A stretch of 64,000 nt of DNA from an uncultured Poribacteria bacterium (GTDB taxonomy: Bacteria; Poribacteria; WGA-4E; WGA-3G): positions 3,008,001-3,072,000 of the forward strand of contig CATQHZ020000001.1 in the NCBI GenBank assembly GCA_958296135.2. The letters run 5' to 3'. A model generated the notes under the pieces. That model did no database searches. It had not been told where the DNA came from and saw only the letters and a program-made list of their open reading frames with translations. This document shows positions 50,085 to 59,697 of this stretch, in pieces; positions within the stretch are counted from its first letter, which is position 1; every line of letters begins with the position of its first letter. The translations under genes were made by a program, and so were the position numbers.

Positions 50085-50888
50085 ATGCGAAACGTTTGTA
50101 TCCTTCTAATCGCCATGGTTTTCATGGCACTCCCCTTGGCTCCGCTGTTCGCAGCAGGCGAGGTGGCAATCTACACCGGCACCACGCAGTGGATCGGCAA
50201 AGCCCCCGCGGACGAACAGGCGCAGATCTGCGTTGACATGCTTGACGCTGCCGGCATCTTGAACACGTGGTTCGATAGCGATGGCGATATGGATGCCCTC
50301 GCCGAGTGGATGGATAGTGTCACCGGCGACCAGGGATTGGACATCTGTGTGCTTTACGGCGATTTGCCGCCGCCCGTCTATCCGGAGGGCAACTCACAGA
50401 CCGATGGCTCCGTCGGCGAAACCTTCATTGAGACTACCGATGGCGATACGTTCATCAACCACGCCGACTATATGTTTTGGGGACTCGGCGGCCGAAATGA
50501 GGAAGGCGGCTTGCAGAACATGATGGACATTGAAGGCATTGTGATGTGGGACGATGATACCGCGATGACCGTGACAGACGAAGGCAAGACCATCTCGCCG
50601 AGTCTGACCGATTTTGCGTCAGATCGCCCGTTCCACGTCGATGAACTTGATGGCGATTGGGAAGTTGAGGTATCTTTGGCACAGAGTGATGACGGCACCC
50701 GTGCGGATCCGATTATCGTTCGCGATGGCAACCTCGGCAGACTGATTCCGGTCATCCAAACGAACGGAGGCGATGAGCCGAAAGGCGCGGTCGCGGCGGA
50801 GATCATCATCTGGCTGATGTCCACCACGCCTGTTGAACCGGCTGGAAAGTTGTCCACAACGTGGGCAGACTTGAAAGCAGTCCGATGA
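50085..50888 (+). CDS. Secreted hypothetical protein, paralog of the preceding gene
   Basis: ADYMFWG, GLQNMMDI, DRPFH; tail VEPAGKLSTTWADLK. Confidence 0.8.
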   Translation: MRNVCILLIAMVFMALPLAPLFAAGEVAIYTGTTQWIGKAPADEQAQICVDMLDAAGILNTWFDSDGDMDALAEWMDSVTGDQGLDICVLYGDLPPPVYPEGNSQTDGSVGETFIETTDGDTFINHADYMFWGLGGRNEEGGLQNMMDIEGIVMWDDDTAMTVTDEGKTISPSLTDFASDRPFHVDELDGDWEVEVSLAQSDDGTRADPIIVRDGNLGRLIPVIQTNGGDEPKGAVAAEIIIWLMSTTPVEPAGKLSTTWADLKAVR

Positions 50889-50987
50889 GTCTTTTTGTCA
50901 GGGCGGATTTCTATATCCGCCCTGACTTCCAACTCCGTAGGCGCGGTTTCCAACCGCGCCCGGTCGACAAGAAAATTAACCCAATTT

Positions 50988-51194
50988 ATGAAATCTTCGC
51001 CAACACCACGCAGCAAAGAATTACGGAAAGGGCGGCACTCAGCACCTGGAATATACTACCCTCTCACAACTGTCACACGTGCACGCAAACCCATCCTTGC
51101 AGACAGCGGGACTGCGTCAATTATTTTTAAAGCCTTTGACTGGCTGGAAACCATTGGAAACCACGCGTACCGGGAATTCACCTTATATCAATGA
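50988..51194 (+). pseudogene. Truncated REP-associated tyrosine transposase (RAYT) N-terminus
   Basis: LRKGRHSAPGIYYPLTTVTRARKPILAD resembles RAYT N-termini; no HUH motif or catalytic Tyr; GTAG REP at 50937 just upstream. Confidence 0.6.
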
Positions 51195-52060
51195 ACTTGA
51201 GACGACACAGCGTCCTATTCATAGGCACCCTTACTATTGTGCTGCTAGCATTGATTTCCTGCAATGAGCGGATGGATTCTCCCATCGTTGGCACCCTGCC
51301 CATCGAAACGCTCACTACAGACAAGGATTCGGCCGTGATGGTCTATGTTCCTGCAGGCGAGTTTTTGATGGGCACCAGCGATGCAGACATCGAGCAGTAT
51401 AAAGTGCTGTTCCCTCTCCGCAAAATCTCCCGATTTGATAACGAACGTCCGCAGCGCACCGTGTTTGTCGATGCGTTCTACATTGACCGGACAGAGGTTA
51501 CCAATCGGCAATATAAGCGGTTTCTCGCCGAGACCGGCTACGAACCGCAGCACTATCTGGATTATTTGCCCTATAACGCGCCCGATTTGCCTGCCGCGGT
51601 GCTGGAGTGGGAGGATGCCATCGCCTACGCCGAGTGGGCCGGCAAACGGCTGCCTACCGAGGCGGAATGGGAGAAAGCGGCGCGCGGCACAGATGGCCGT
51701 TTCTGGCCTTGGGGAAATGAATGGGATGCCACGAAACTGAGCGGCAACGATGGCACAGGACTCAAAGACGGCTATAAGGAGACTGCGCCGGTCGCGCAAT
51801 TTCCGCAAGGCGCGAGCCCGTACGGCGCGCTGGATATGGCAGGCAATTTGTGGGAGTGGGTATCTGACTGGTATGATGCAGACTACTATCGCAAAAACCC
51901 GAGCAATGTGAATCCACTGGGCCCCGAGACCGGGGATGGACACGTTTTGAAAGGCGGCGGCTGGGCAGAGAATTTAGATTTCACGCGATGCGCCAGTCGG
52001 TTAGGCGGCAACCCGGGCTCGCTCTTGCGCGGTTTCCGTTGCGCGATGGACGCGCCATGA
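51191..52060 (+). CDS. FGE-sulfatase (SUMF1/EgtB/PvdO-like) domain lipoprotein
   Basis: VPAGEFLMG, EVTNRQY, RLPTEAEWEKAARG, DMAGNLWEW, GFRCA. Confidence 0.92.
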   Translation: MNLRRHSVLFIGTLTIVLLALISCNERMDSPIVGTLPIETLTTDKDSAVMVYVPAGEFLMGTSDADIEQYKVLFPLRKISRFDNERPQRTVFVDAFYIDRTEVTNRQYKRFLAETGYEPQHYLDYLPYNAPDLPAAVLEWEDAIAYAEWAGKRLPTEAEWEKAARGTDGRFWPWGNEWDATKLSGNDGTGLKDGYKETAPVAQFPQGASPYGALDMAGNLWEWVSDWYDADYYRKNPSNVNPLGPETGDGHVLKGGGWAENLDFTRCASRLGGNPGSLLRGFRCAMDAP

Positions 52061-52536
52061 AGCAGATTGTCACGCACGCAAACCCAGACCTGGATGCCAT
52101 CGTTAGCGCATGGCTTGCGCAAGATTTCCTCTTTCGCGGGCAACCGACAGAGGTGCTGTTTGTCAGCCGCAAAGTTCCTGAGAAATTGATGCAGACAGCC
52201 GACTGTCTCGTTGATGTCGGCAACACTTACTGTCCCGAACGTTATCGGTTTGACCACAAGCCGCCGGCATTTGTGAACCGAAACAGCACTTGTGCAACAC
52301 AATTAATTTGGGAACATTTGCGGGAGATAGGTGTGAAAGTAGAACACCTAGCACCGCTGGTGCAGGTGACTTATGAAGGAGATACGCATCGAAATTCGGC
52401 GGCTCTTAAACAGAGTCGCATCAATGGCCCACACGCAGAATTGGCGAAATTGAAACGGAAATATCGGAAGGCGATGGACATCTATCAGCGGATGGTTGTC
52501 TGGTTGCGGGAGTATGCGCGACAATTAGGGAGGTAG
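52057..52536 (+). CDS. DHH/MYG1-like phosphoesterase-domain protein
   Basis: IVTHANPDLDA, VDVG, RFDH; ATGA overlap with the upstream gene. Confidence 0.6.
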   Translation: MKQIVTHANPDLDAIVSAWLAQDFLFRGQPTEVLFVSRKVPEKLMQTADCLVDVGNTYCPERYRFDHKPPAFVNRNSTCATQLIWEHLREIGVKVEHLAPLVQVTYEGDTHRNSAALKQSRINGPHAELAKLKRKYRKAMDIYQRMVVWLREYARQLGR

Positions 52537-52541
52537 AACCG

Positions 52542-53165
52542 ATGGCATTTAGCGATTTCAAGTCGGTTCCTGAAGTTCAAGCGAAATTCGGCATCAAATC
52601 TTCAGAAGAGGATTTCATCGGGGTTGAGGAAGCTTTAACTCCTTCGGAGTCTTTTCTGCAAGAATTTGAATTTAACCGGCAACACCTCAACACCCTCGGG
52701 TCTGAGATGGCACGATGTGAGACGCTTATCTTTCCGGTTTTACGGGAAGTCTATAAACCCTACGCCGAGTCCTATATGCTCTGGATTGGCGAATCTCTTG
52801 CTTACGACGCAACTTTAACCGGCACGCCGGACTACTTCATCGCCACAAAATCTGAACTGGGCAAGCGCGTTGTCGGCACGCCCTTGATAATTCTTGTTGA
52901 GGCGAAGAAGAACGATTTTGAGTTAGGTTGGGGGCAGTGTCTGGCGGAGTTAATCGCCGCGCAGAAAATCAACGAGGATGCAGCTTTTCCGGTATACGGC
53001 ATCGTCACCGATGGGATGCTCTGGCAATTCGGGAAACTTGTCGGCGTCCGCTTTACTGAAAACATCACGCCGTTTAGTTTGGGGGATTTGCCGCGCCTCT
53101 TCGGAGCAATTGATGCTGTCTTCAAAGCAGCCCAAAACGGAAGCCCCGCGACCGCGGCACCGTAG
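52542..53165 (+). CDS. PD-(D/E)xK restriction-endonuclease-fold protein, copy 1
   Basis: LTGTPDY...VEAKK...GWGQCLAE...YGIVTDG..WQFG. Confidence 0.75.
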   Translation: MAFSDFKSVPEVQAKFGIKSSEEDFIGVEEALTPSESFLQEFEFNRQHLNTLGSEMARCETLIFPVLREVYKPYAESYMLWIGESLAYDATLTGTPDYFIATKSELGKRVVGTPLIILVEAKKNDFELGWGQCLAELIAAQKINEDAAFPVYGIVTDGMLWQFGKLVGVRFTENITPFSLGDLPRLFGAIDAVFKAAQNGSPATAAP

Positions 53166-53240
53166 CCGCCGGCAACTTTGTCGCCATCAGCATTTTCGGT
53201 ACAGACACGGTGTTGCTTTACCAGAAAAGGAGTGGAACCG

Positions 53241-53864
53241 ATGGCATTTAGTGATTTCAAAACGCTCACTGAAGTGCAAAAAAGATTCGGCATTAAGGAC
53301 TCGGAAATTGACTTTGTCGAGGCTGACAAACTCTTAAACCCTTCGGAGCATTTCCTGCAAGGATTTGCGTTTAGTCGGCAGCACCTTAATGTTTTCCGGT
53401 CCGAGGCGGCTCGGTGTGAGGCGGTTATCTATCCAATTTTACTAGAGAGTTATAAAGGATATGCCGATAATTATATGCTCTGGATTCGCGAACCGCTCGC
53501 CTACGATGCAATCTTGAGCGGCACACCGGACTACTTTATCGCTACCCGGTCGGCATTGGGAAAAAACGTTGTCGGCACGCCTTTGGTGATGGTGGTAGAG
53601 GCGAAGAAAAACGATTTTGAGTTAGGTTGGGGGCAATGTCTGGCGGCGATGATAGCCGCGCAGAAAATCAACGAGGATGCGGCGTTTCCGGTATACGGCA
53701 TCGTCACCGATGGCATGTTTTGGCGATTGGGGAAACTTGTCGGCGACACTTTCTGGGAGAACATCACGCCGTTTAGTTTGGGGGATTTACCGAGACTCTT
53801 CGGGGCAATTGATGCTGTCTTCAAAGCCGTTCAAAACGGAAGCCCCGCGACCGCGGCACCGTAA
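53241..53864 (+). CDS. PD-(D/E)xK restriction-endonuclease-fold protein, copy 2
   Basis: Same motifs; MAFSDFK start at 53241. Confidence 0.75.
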   Translation: MAFSDFKTLTEVQKRFGIKDSEIDFVEADKLLNPSEHFLQGFAFSRQHLNVFRSEAARCEAVIYPILLESYKGYADNYMLWIREPLAYDAILSGTPDYFIATRSALGKNVVGTPLVMVVEAKKNDFELGWGQCLAAMIAAQKINEDAAFPVYGIVTDGMFWRLGKLVGDTFWENITPFSLGDLPRLFGAIDAVFKAVQNGSPATAAP

Positions 53865-53941
53865 CGCCCCTCGTGCTTTGTTGCAATCGGCAGCTCTGGG
53901 ACAGGCACGGTGTTGCCTTACCAAAAGAGGAGGGGGAACCG

Positions 53942-54565
53942 ATGGCATTCAGTGATTTCAAAACCGTTGTTGAAGTGCAAGAAAAATTCAGCATCAAGTC
54001 TTCAAGAGTGAATTTTGTCGCGGATGAGGAACCCTTAACTCCTTCGGAGTGGTTTCAGCAAGAATTCGCTTTCAATATGCAACAGTTTGACTTTGCCGAA
54101 TCTGAAACGGCACGGTGTCAGGCACTGATCTTCCCCGTTTTACGGGAAGTCTACAAGGCCTATGCCGAGGACTACGTGCTCTGGATTGACGCATCTCTTG
54201 CTTACGATGAAACTTTAACCGGCACGCCGGACTACTTCATCGCCACAAAATCTGAACTGGGTGGGCGTATTCTCGGCACGCCGCTGATAATCGTTGTTGA
54301 GGCGAAGAAGAACGATTTTGAGTTAGGTTGGGGGCAATGTCTGGCGGAGTTAATCGCCGCGCAGAAAATCAACGGGGATGCGGCGTTTCCGGTGTATGGC
54401 ATCGTCACCGATGGGATGCTCTGGCAATTTGGCAGGCTTGTCGACGACAGCTTCACACAAAACATCACGCCGTTTAGTCTCGGCGATTTACCGCGCTTGT
54501 TCGGCGCAATCGATGCTGTCTTCAAAGCCGTTCAAAACGGAAGCCCCGCGCCCGCGACACCGTAA
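53942..54565 (+). CDS. PD-(D/E)xK restriction-endonuclease-fold protein, copy 3
   Basis: Same motifs; MAFSDFK start at 53942. Confidence 0.75.
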   Translation: MAFSDFKTVVEVQEKFSIKSSRVNFVADEEPLTPSEWFQQEFAFNMQQFDFAESETARCQALIFPVLREVYKAYAEDYVLWIDASLAYDETLTGTPDYFIATKSELGGRILGTPLIIVVEAKKNDFELGWGQCLAELIAAQKINGDAAFPVYGIVTDGMLWQFGRLVDDSFTQNITPFSLGDLPRLFGAIDAVFKAVQNGSPAPATP

Positions 54566-54641
54566 CGTCCCTCGTGCTTTGTTGCAATCGGCAGCTCTGG
54601 GACAGGCACGGTGTTGCCTTACCAAAAGAGGAGGGGAACCG

Positions 54642-55268
54642 ATGGCATTCAGTGATTTCAAAACCGTTGTTGAAGTGCAAGAAAAATTCAGCATCAAGTC
54701 TTTAGAGGAGGATTTTGTCGGCGTTGAGGAACCCCTAACACCTTCGGAGTGGTTTCTAGAAGAATTCGCTTTCAACATGCAACAGTTCAACTTTGCCGGG
54801 TCTGAGATGGCACGGTGTCAGGCATTAATTTTTCCTGTTTTACGGGAAGTCTATAAGGCCTACGCCGAGGACTACGTGCTCTGGATTGACGAATCCCTTG
54901 CTTACGATGAGACTTTGACCGGCACGCCGGATTACTTCATCACCACAAAATCTGAGTTGGGCCGACGCATTTTCGGCAGGCCTTTGGTGATGGTGGTAGA
55001 GGCGAAGAAGAACGATTTTGAGTTAGGTTGGGGGCAATGTCTGGCAGAGTTAATCGCCGCGCAGAAAATCAACGGGGATGCGGCGTTTCCGGTGTATGGC
55101 ATCGTCACCGATGGCATGTTCTGGCAATTTGGCAGGCTTGTCGACGACAGCTTCACACAAAACATCACGCCGTTTAGTCTCGGCGATTTACCGCGCTTGT
55201 TCGGCGCAATCGATGCTGTCTTCAAAGCCGTTCAAAACGGAAGCACTTCACTACCGGAAAGGAAATGA
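54642..55268 (+). CDS. PD-(D/E)xK restriction-endonuclease-fold protein, copy 4
   Basis: Same motifs; MAFSDFK start at 54642. Confidence 0.75.
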   Translation: MAFSDFKTVVEVQEKFSIKSLEEDFVGVEEPLTPSEWFLEEFAFNMQQFNFAGSEMARCQALIFPVLREVYKAYAEDYVLWIDESLAYDETLTGTPDYFITTKSELGRRIFGRPLVMVVEAKKNDFELGWGQCLAELIAAQKINGDAAFPVYGIVTDGMFWQFGRLVDDSFTQNITPFSLGDLPRLFGAIDAVFKAVQNGSTSLPERK

Positions 55269-56578
55269 TGAAACACATTGCAATCCTACTCATAACCGTT
55301 TTCTGCTCCATCGCGTTCCTCCATGCGGATGAGTGGCCGCAGTGGCGCGGCAAACACCGCGATGGCGTATGGAAAGAAACGGGGATAATTGACGCTTTTG
55401 AGGTGCCGGATATCCCCATCCGCTGGCGCGTGCCGATAGGCAGCGGCTACAGCGGCCCTAGCGTCGCTGATGGACGCGTCTACGTTACCGACCGGCTCAC
55501 GAAGCCGACGCAAGTTGAACGCGTTCACTGCTTTGACTGGGAAACGGGCGAACAAACCTGGTCCTACGTTTACGAGTGTGCTTATCGGATTGATTACACT
55601 GCCGGCCCGCGCGCTACCGTCACCGTTCATGACGGACTCGCCTACGCGTTAGGCGCGATGGGGCACCTGCACTGCTTTAATGCCGCTACCGGCGAGATTG
55701 TGTGGAAAAATGACCTCGGTGCAACGTATAATATAGAGATGCCGACATGGGGTATCGCGAGCGCGCCGATTGTCGAGGGTGAACACCTCATCGTGCAAAT
55801 CGGTGGCACACCGGGTGCGTGCATCGTCGCACTTGACAGGAGAACAGGCAAGGAGCGGTGGAAGGCCCTAGACGCTCCTGCCTCCTATTCCGCGCCTATT
55901 GTTATCACGCAGGCGGGACAACGCATTTTAATCTGCTGGACAGCCGCCAATATCGCCGCGCTCAATCCACAGACAGGCGAAGTGCTGTGGCTCTATCCGT
56001 TTAAACCGACGCGCATGAGTATCGGCATCGCCACCCCGGTTTTCTACGAAAATGAGCTCTTTATTACGGATTTCTTTGAAGGTTCGCTTTTGTTGAAACT
56101 AGCCCCCGATAAACTGACGGTGAAACTTGGCTGGCACCGCAAGGGCAAAGACGAGCAGCATACGGATGCACTGCATTCCACGATGGCTACGCCGATTCGG
56201 AACGGCAATTACATCTACGGCGTGGATAGTTACGGCGAACTCCGCTGTTTGGATGCTCGCAACGGCGATAGGGTGTGGGAAGCCCTCTCCGCCGTGCCGA
56301 GAGCACGATGGAGCAACATCCATTTTATCGAGAACGGCGACAAGGTGTGGATGTTCAACGAGCGCGGGGAGCTCCTCATCACGACGCTTTCTCCGGAGGC
56401 GTTGAACGTCATCAGCCGCGCGAAGTTGATTGAACCAACGCGAGCTCAGCTGAACCGCAGAGGTGGCGTAACCTGGGCGCACCCGGCGTTCGCCTATCGG
56501 CATGTCTTCGCGCGGAATGATAAGGAGCTGGTCTGCGCGAACCTCGCGAAAAATCAAAAATCAGATAAAGGAGACTAA
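55265..56578 (+). CDS. PQQ-like (BamB-type) beta-propeller repeat protein, secreted
   Basis: EWPQWRG, GYSGPSV, repeated D..TG...W blades, WAHPA. Confidence 0.88.
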   Translation: MMKHIAILLITVFCSIAFLHADEWPQWRGKHRDGVWKETGIIDAFEVPDIPIRWRVPIGSGYSGPSVADGRVYVTDRLTKPTQVERVHCFDWETGEQTWSYVYECAYRIDYTAGPRATVTVHDGLAYALGAMGHLHCFNAATGEIVWKNDLGATYNIEMPTWGIASAPIVEGEHLIVQIGGTPGACIVALDRRTGKERWKALDAPASYSAPIVITQAGQRILICWTAANIAALNPQTGEVLWLYPFKPTRMSIGIATPVFYENELFITDFFEGSLLLKLAPDKLTVKLGWHRKGKDEQHTDALHSTMATPIRNGNYIYGVDSYGELRCLDARNGDRVWEALSAVPRARWSNIHFIENGDKVWMFNERGELLITTLSPEALNVISRAKLIEPTRAQLNRRGGVTWAHPAFAYRHVFARNDKELVCANLAKNQKSDKGD

Positions 56579-56582
56579 CATA

Positions 56583-59500
56583 TTGGAAACGACTCAAACG
56601 CCAACCGTTGATTTGCAACCTGGCCAACACCTGCACGGATTTGACGTGAAATCCATCACCCCGATTGATGAACTTCGCGCGGTGACAATTGAAGTAGCCC
56701 ATCCGCAGAGCGGCGCACGGCTGCTGCATCTCTATACGCACGACACAGAAAATCTTTTTTCTATCAATTTCCCGACACCGCCGCCCGATGATACCGGGCT
56801 GCCGCATATTCTTGAACATGCGGTGCTTGCCGGCTCACACAAATATCCGGTAAAGGAACCGTTCTTCGAGATGATTAAGATGAGCATGGCAACGTTTATC
56901 AACGCCATGACGAGCGCAGACCACACCTATTACCCGGTCGCGAGCAACGTTAAGAAAGACCTTTTCAATCTCGCCGAGGTCTACTTTGACGCGGTGTTTC
57001 ATCCGCTCCTGACTGAGGATACTTTCCGACGCGAGGGGCATCATCTCGCGCCTGCGAATCCGGAAGAGCCGACCGGCGATTTGAAAATCACCGGCATCGT
57101 CTATAACGAGATGAAGGGTGTCTTCTCCGACCCGGAGTCGCGGTTGTATCGTTCTATGACGAGCCGCCTGATGCCGGATACGCTTTACGCGCGGGAATCT
57201 GGCGGGAATCCGGTCGTGATTCCGGATCTAACTTATGAACAACTCAAGGCGTTTCACCAAACCTATTACCATCCGAGCAACAGTTACTTCTTCCTCTATG
57301 GCGATATTCCGACGAGTGATTATCTTGCCTTTCTCGCCGATAAACTAGCGGCTATTTCGCAAAATGGGGGCGGTTCGGCACACCGGCCACTCCGTCCCGA
57401 AGTCACGCGCCAACGGAAGTGGACATCGCCGCAGACGGTGATGGATACCTATCCCGTCGGTGCGGACGAGCCGCTCACGGAGAAGACGTATCTGATGCTG
57501 AGTTGGCTTATCGGTGATGCGACGGCTCCAGAAGATGTCGTCTTGTGCCGCATTTTAAGCCTGATTTTGCTTGGCAATGAAGGCGCGCCGCTCCGAAAGG
57601 CGATTATCGATTCCAAGCTCGGTGCCGATCTGGTTTATTCGGGTGCCAGTTCTATCGGTCCCACTAGCACCTTTTACGTTGGGCTCAAAGGTAGCGAGGC
57701 TGAGCGCGCCGAGGCGTTTACGCAATTGGTAATGAAAACCCTCACCGAGATTGCCGATGCAGAAATCGACAGTGCTCGGGTGGCATCGGCGTTCCAGCAG
57801 GCCACCTATCACTATCAGGAGGTTGCGTCGATGTTCCCGCTTCGGATGCTCTACCGCGTCATTGAAGCGTGGATTTATGAAAAGGACTCGGGCACCTTTT
57901 TGAGGATGGGAGAGAGTCTGGCTGCTGTTCAGCGGCGGTGGCAGGAGAATCCTGCGATTTTCAATGAACTGATTCGCGAGCAGCTGATTGACAATCCGCA
58001 CCGTTTGCTGAGTGTGCTATCCCCCGATGCGGAGATGCAGGCGAAGATAGACGCTGAATCAGCGGCACGGACGAGGGGTATTCGCGCGCAATTGACAGAT
58101 GGGCAGGTCGCGCAGCTCGCCGCCGAGGCCGCCGAATTGGAACGTCTCAACGGGCAACCTAACTCACCGGAGGCACTGGCAAAACTGCCGCAGTTGAAAG
58201 TCAGCGAGCTTCCTGAAAAGCCGCGGCATATTCCGACAACCGTTGAAAAGGTTCACGGCCGTGACTTGCTCCACAACGATGTCTTTTCTAACGGTGTGAA
58301 TTACCTCGTTCTCAACTTCGATCTGGCTGGGTTACCGCAGCACTTGTGGCAACACCTGCCTCGGTACGCCGAGGCGATTAGCAAACTGGGTGCCGCCGAT
58401 ATGAACTACGAACAGATGGCCCAGCGGAAATCCGCTGTCACCGGTGGTATTGGTTGCACGCCCGGTTTCGGCACGCACGCGTTGGATGGGAGTCGTTTGT
58501 TGCAGCATCTGCGTTTTCATCTGAAGGTACTTGATGGCAAGATGGATGCTGCGCTGGATGTGCTGCGGGATTTGGTTTTTTCCGTGAACCCGCGCGATAC
58601 TGAACGTCTTCGCGATGTGCTGACGCAGTCCGTAGCGGAATATCGCACTGAGATGATTCTCGACGGGGCGAGTACGGCGATTCATCACGCCGCGCGCGGG
58701 CTTTCATCGGGGGCGCATCTGTCTGAAATCGTCTTTGGGCTGCCGCAGTTGCACGGCAGTGAGAAGCTGCTCAGCGGTTTTGACGAACTTAACACTGAGC
58801 TCATGCGTCATATTGAGCAGATTCGCGATTTTCTGTTGTCCCCCGGCAGGGTGACTGCAAGTTTCACTGGTTCTGATGCCGCTTTCGATGCCACGCGCGC
58901 GTGTCTCGGCGAGTGGCTCAGCGCGATGAAAGCTGAAGCGATAGCTGCCGAGCCGGTTGCCTTCCAGCCGTTTGTCACCCCGCCACGCGAAGGGTTGGCG
59001 GGTCCGATTCAGATTGCGCACTGCGCGCAGGTGATGCCTGCACCGCACTATTCGCACCCGGATTCAACGTTGCTCAGTATCGGCGCGCACATCATTCGTT
59101 TGGATTACATCATGAGTGAGATTCGGTTTAAGGGCAATGCTTACGGTGCGTGGTTTACCTATAGTCCGCTTGAGGCGCATCTGTATCAGGCTTCTTACCG
59201 CGACCCGCACGTGGCGCGCACGCTCAACGTTTTCGCCGAAACTGTCGATTACGTCAAACAGGTGAAATGGACGCAGACAGACATTGATAGAGCGATTATC
59301 GCTACGGCGAAGAGCGGCGAGAAACCGATTCGTCCGAGTGGGGCAGCGAGCGGCGCGCTGAGTCAGCATCTCACTGGGCAGACGCGCGAGATGCGTGAGG
59401 AGCGGTATGCGCAACTCCGCCGTGCAACCCCTGCAGAAGTAAAGCGCGCGCTCCTCCAACTTTTGGAAGAAAACCGCGATAAGGCCGCGGTGTGCGTCGT

Positions 59501-59588
59501 GTCGAGCCGTGAAAAATTAGCGGCGGCGAATCAAGAATTGGCGGACCCTCTTGCTATTGAGGATATTCTGATATCCGCTTCAACGTAA
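56583..59588 (+). CDS. M16C insulinase-family peptidase (presequence protease-like)
   Basis: GLPHILEH inverted zincin, TFINAMT, GIVYNEMKG, YYHPSN, IRFKGNAYG, SYRDP; TTG start after AAGGAG. Confidence 0.93.
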   Translation: METTQTPTVDLQPGQHLHGFDVKSITPIDELRAVTIEVAHPQSGARLLHLYTHDTENLFSINFPTPPPDDTGLPHILEHAVLAGSHKYPVKEPFFEMIKMSMATFINAMTSADHTYYPVASNVKKDLFNLAEVYFDAVFHPLLTEDTFRREGHHLAPANPEEPTGDLKITGIVYNEMKGVFSDPESRLYRSMTSRLMPDTLYARESGGNPVVIPDLTYEQLKAFHQTYYHPSNSYFFLYGDIPTSDYLAFLADKLAAISQNGGGSAHRPLRPEVTRQRKWTSPQTVMDTYPVGADEPLTEKTYLMLSWLIGDATAPEDVVLCRILSLILLGNEGAPLRKAIIDSKLGADLVYSGASSIGPTSTFYVGLKGSEAERAEAFTQLVMKTLTEIADAEIDSARVASAFQQATYHYQEVASMFPLRMLYRVIEAWIYEKDSGTFLRMGESLAAVQRRWQENPAIFNELIREQLIDNPHRLLSVLSPDAEMQAKIDAESAARTRGIRAQLTDGQVAQLAAEAAELERLNGQPNSPEALAKLPQLKVSELPEKPRHIPTTVEKVHGRDLLHNDVFSNGVNYLVLNFDLAGLPQHLWQHLPRYAEAISKLGAADMNYEQMAQRKSAVTGGIGCTPGFGTHALDGSRLLQHLRFHLKVLDGKMDAALDVLRDLVFSVNPRDTERLRDVLTQSVAEYRTEMILDGASTAIHHAARGLSSGAHLSEIVFGLPQLHGSEKLLSGFDELNTELMRHIEQIRDFLLSPGRVTASFTGSDAAFDATRACLGEWLSAMKAEAIAAEPVAFQPFVTPPREGLAGPIQIAHCAQVMPAPHYSHPDSTLLSIGAHIIRLDYIMSEIRFKGNAYGAWFTYSPLEAHLYQASYRDPHVARTLNVFAETVDYVKQVKWTQTDIDRAIIATAKSGEKPIRPSGAASGALSQHLTGQTREMREERYAQLRRATPAEVKRALLQLLEENRDKAAVCVVSSREKLAAANQELADPLAIEDILISAST

Positions 59589-59697
59589 GGACGGATGTCT
59601 ATGGTTTCCGCCTGTCCATGAAGCCTGCGATGGGATGTAAGCGCAGATTCTATCCCTCCATGCTTTCAAATAGAACATAAAATAGGAGATAATTATC

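Noticed and set aside
51191-52060. DGR target (FGE/C-lectin fold)
   Set aside because: No reverse transcriptase and no TR/VR adenine-mismatch repeat seen in the window
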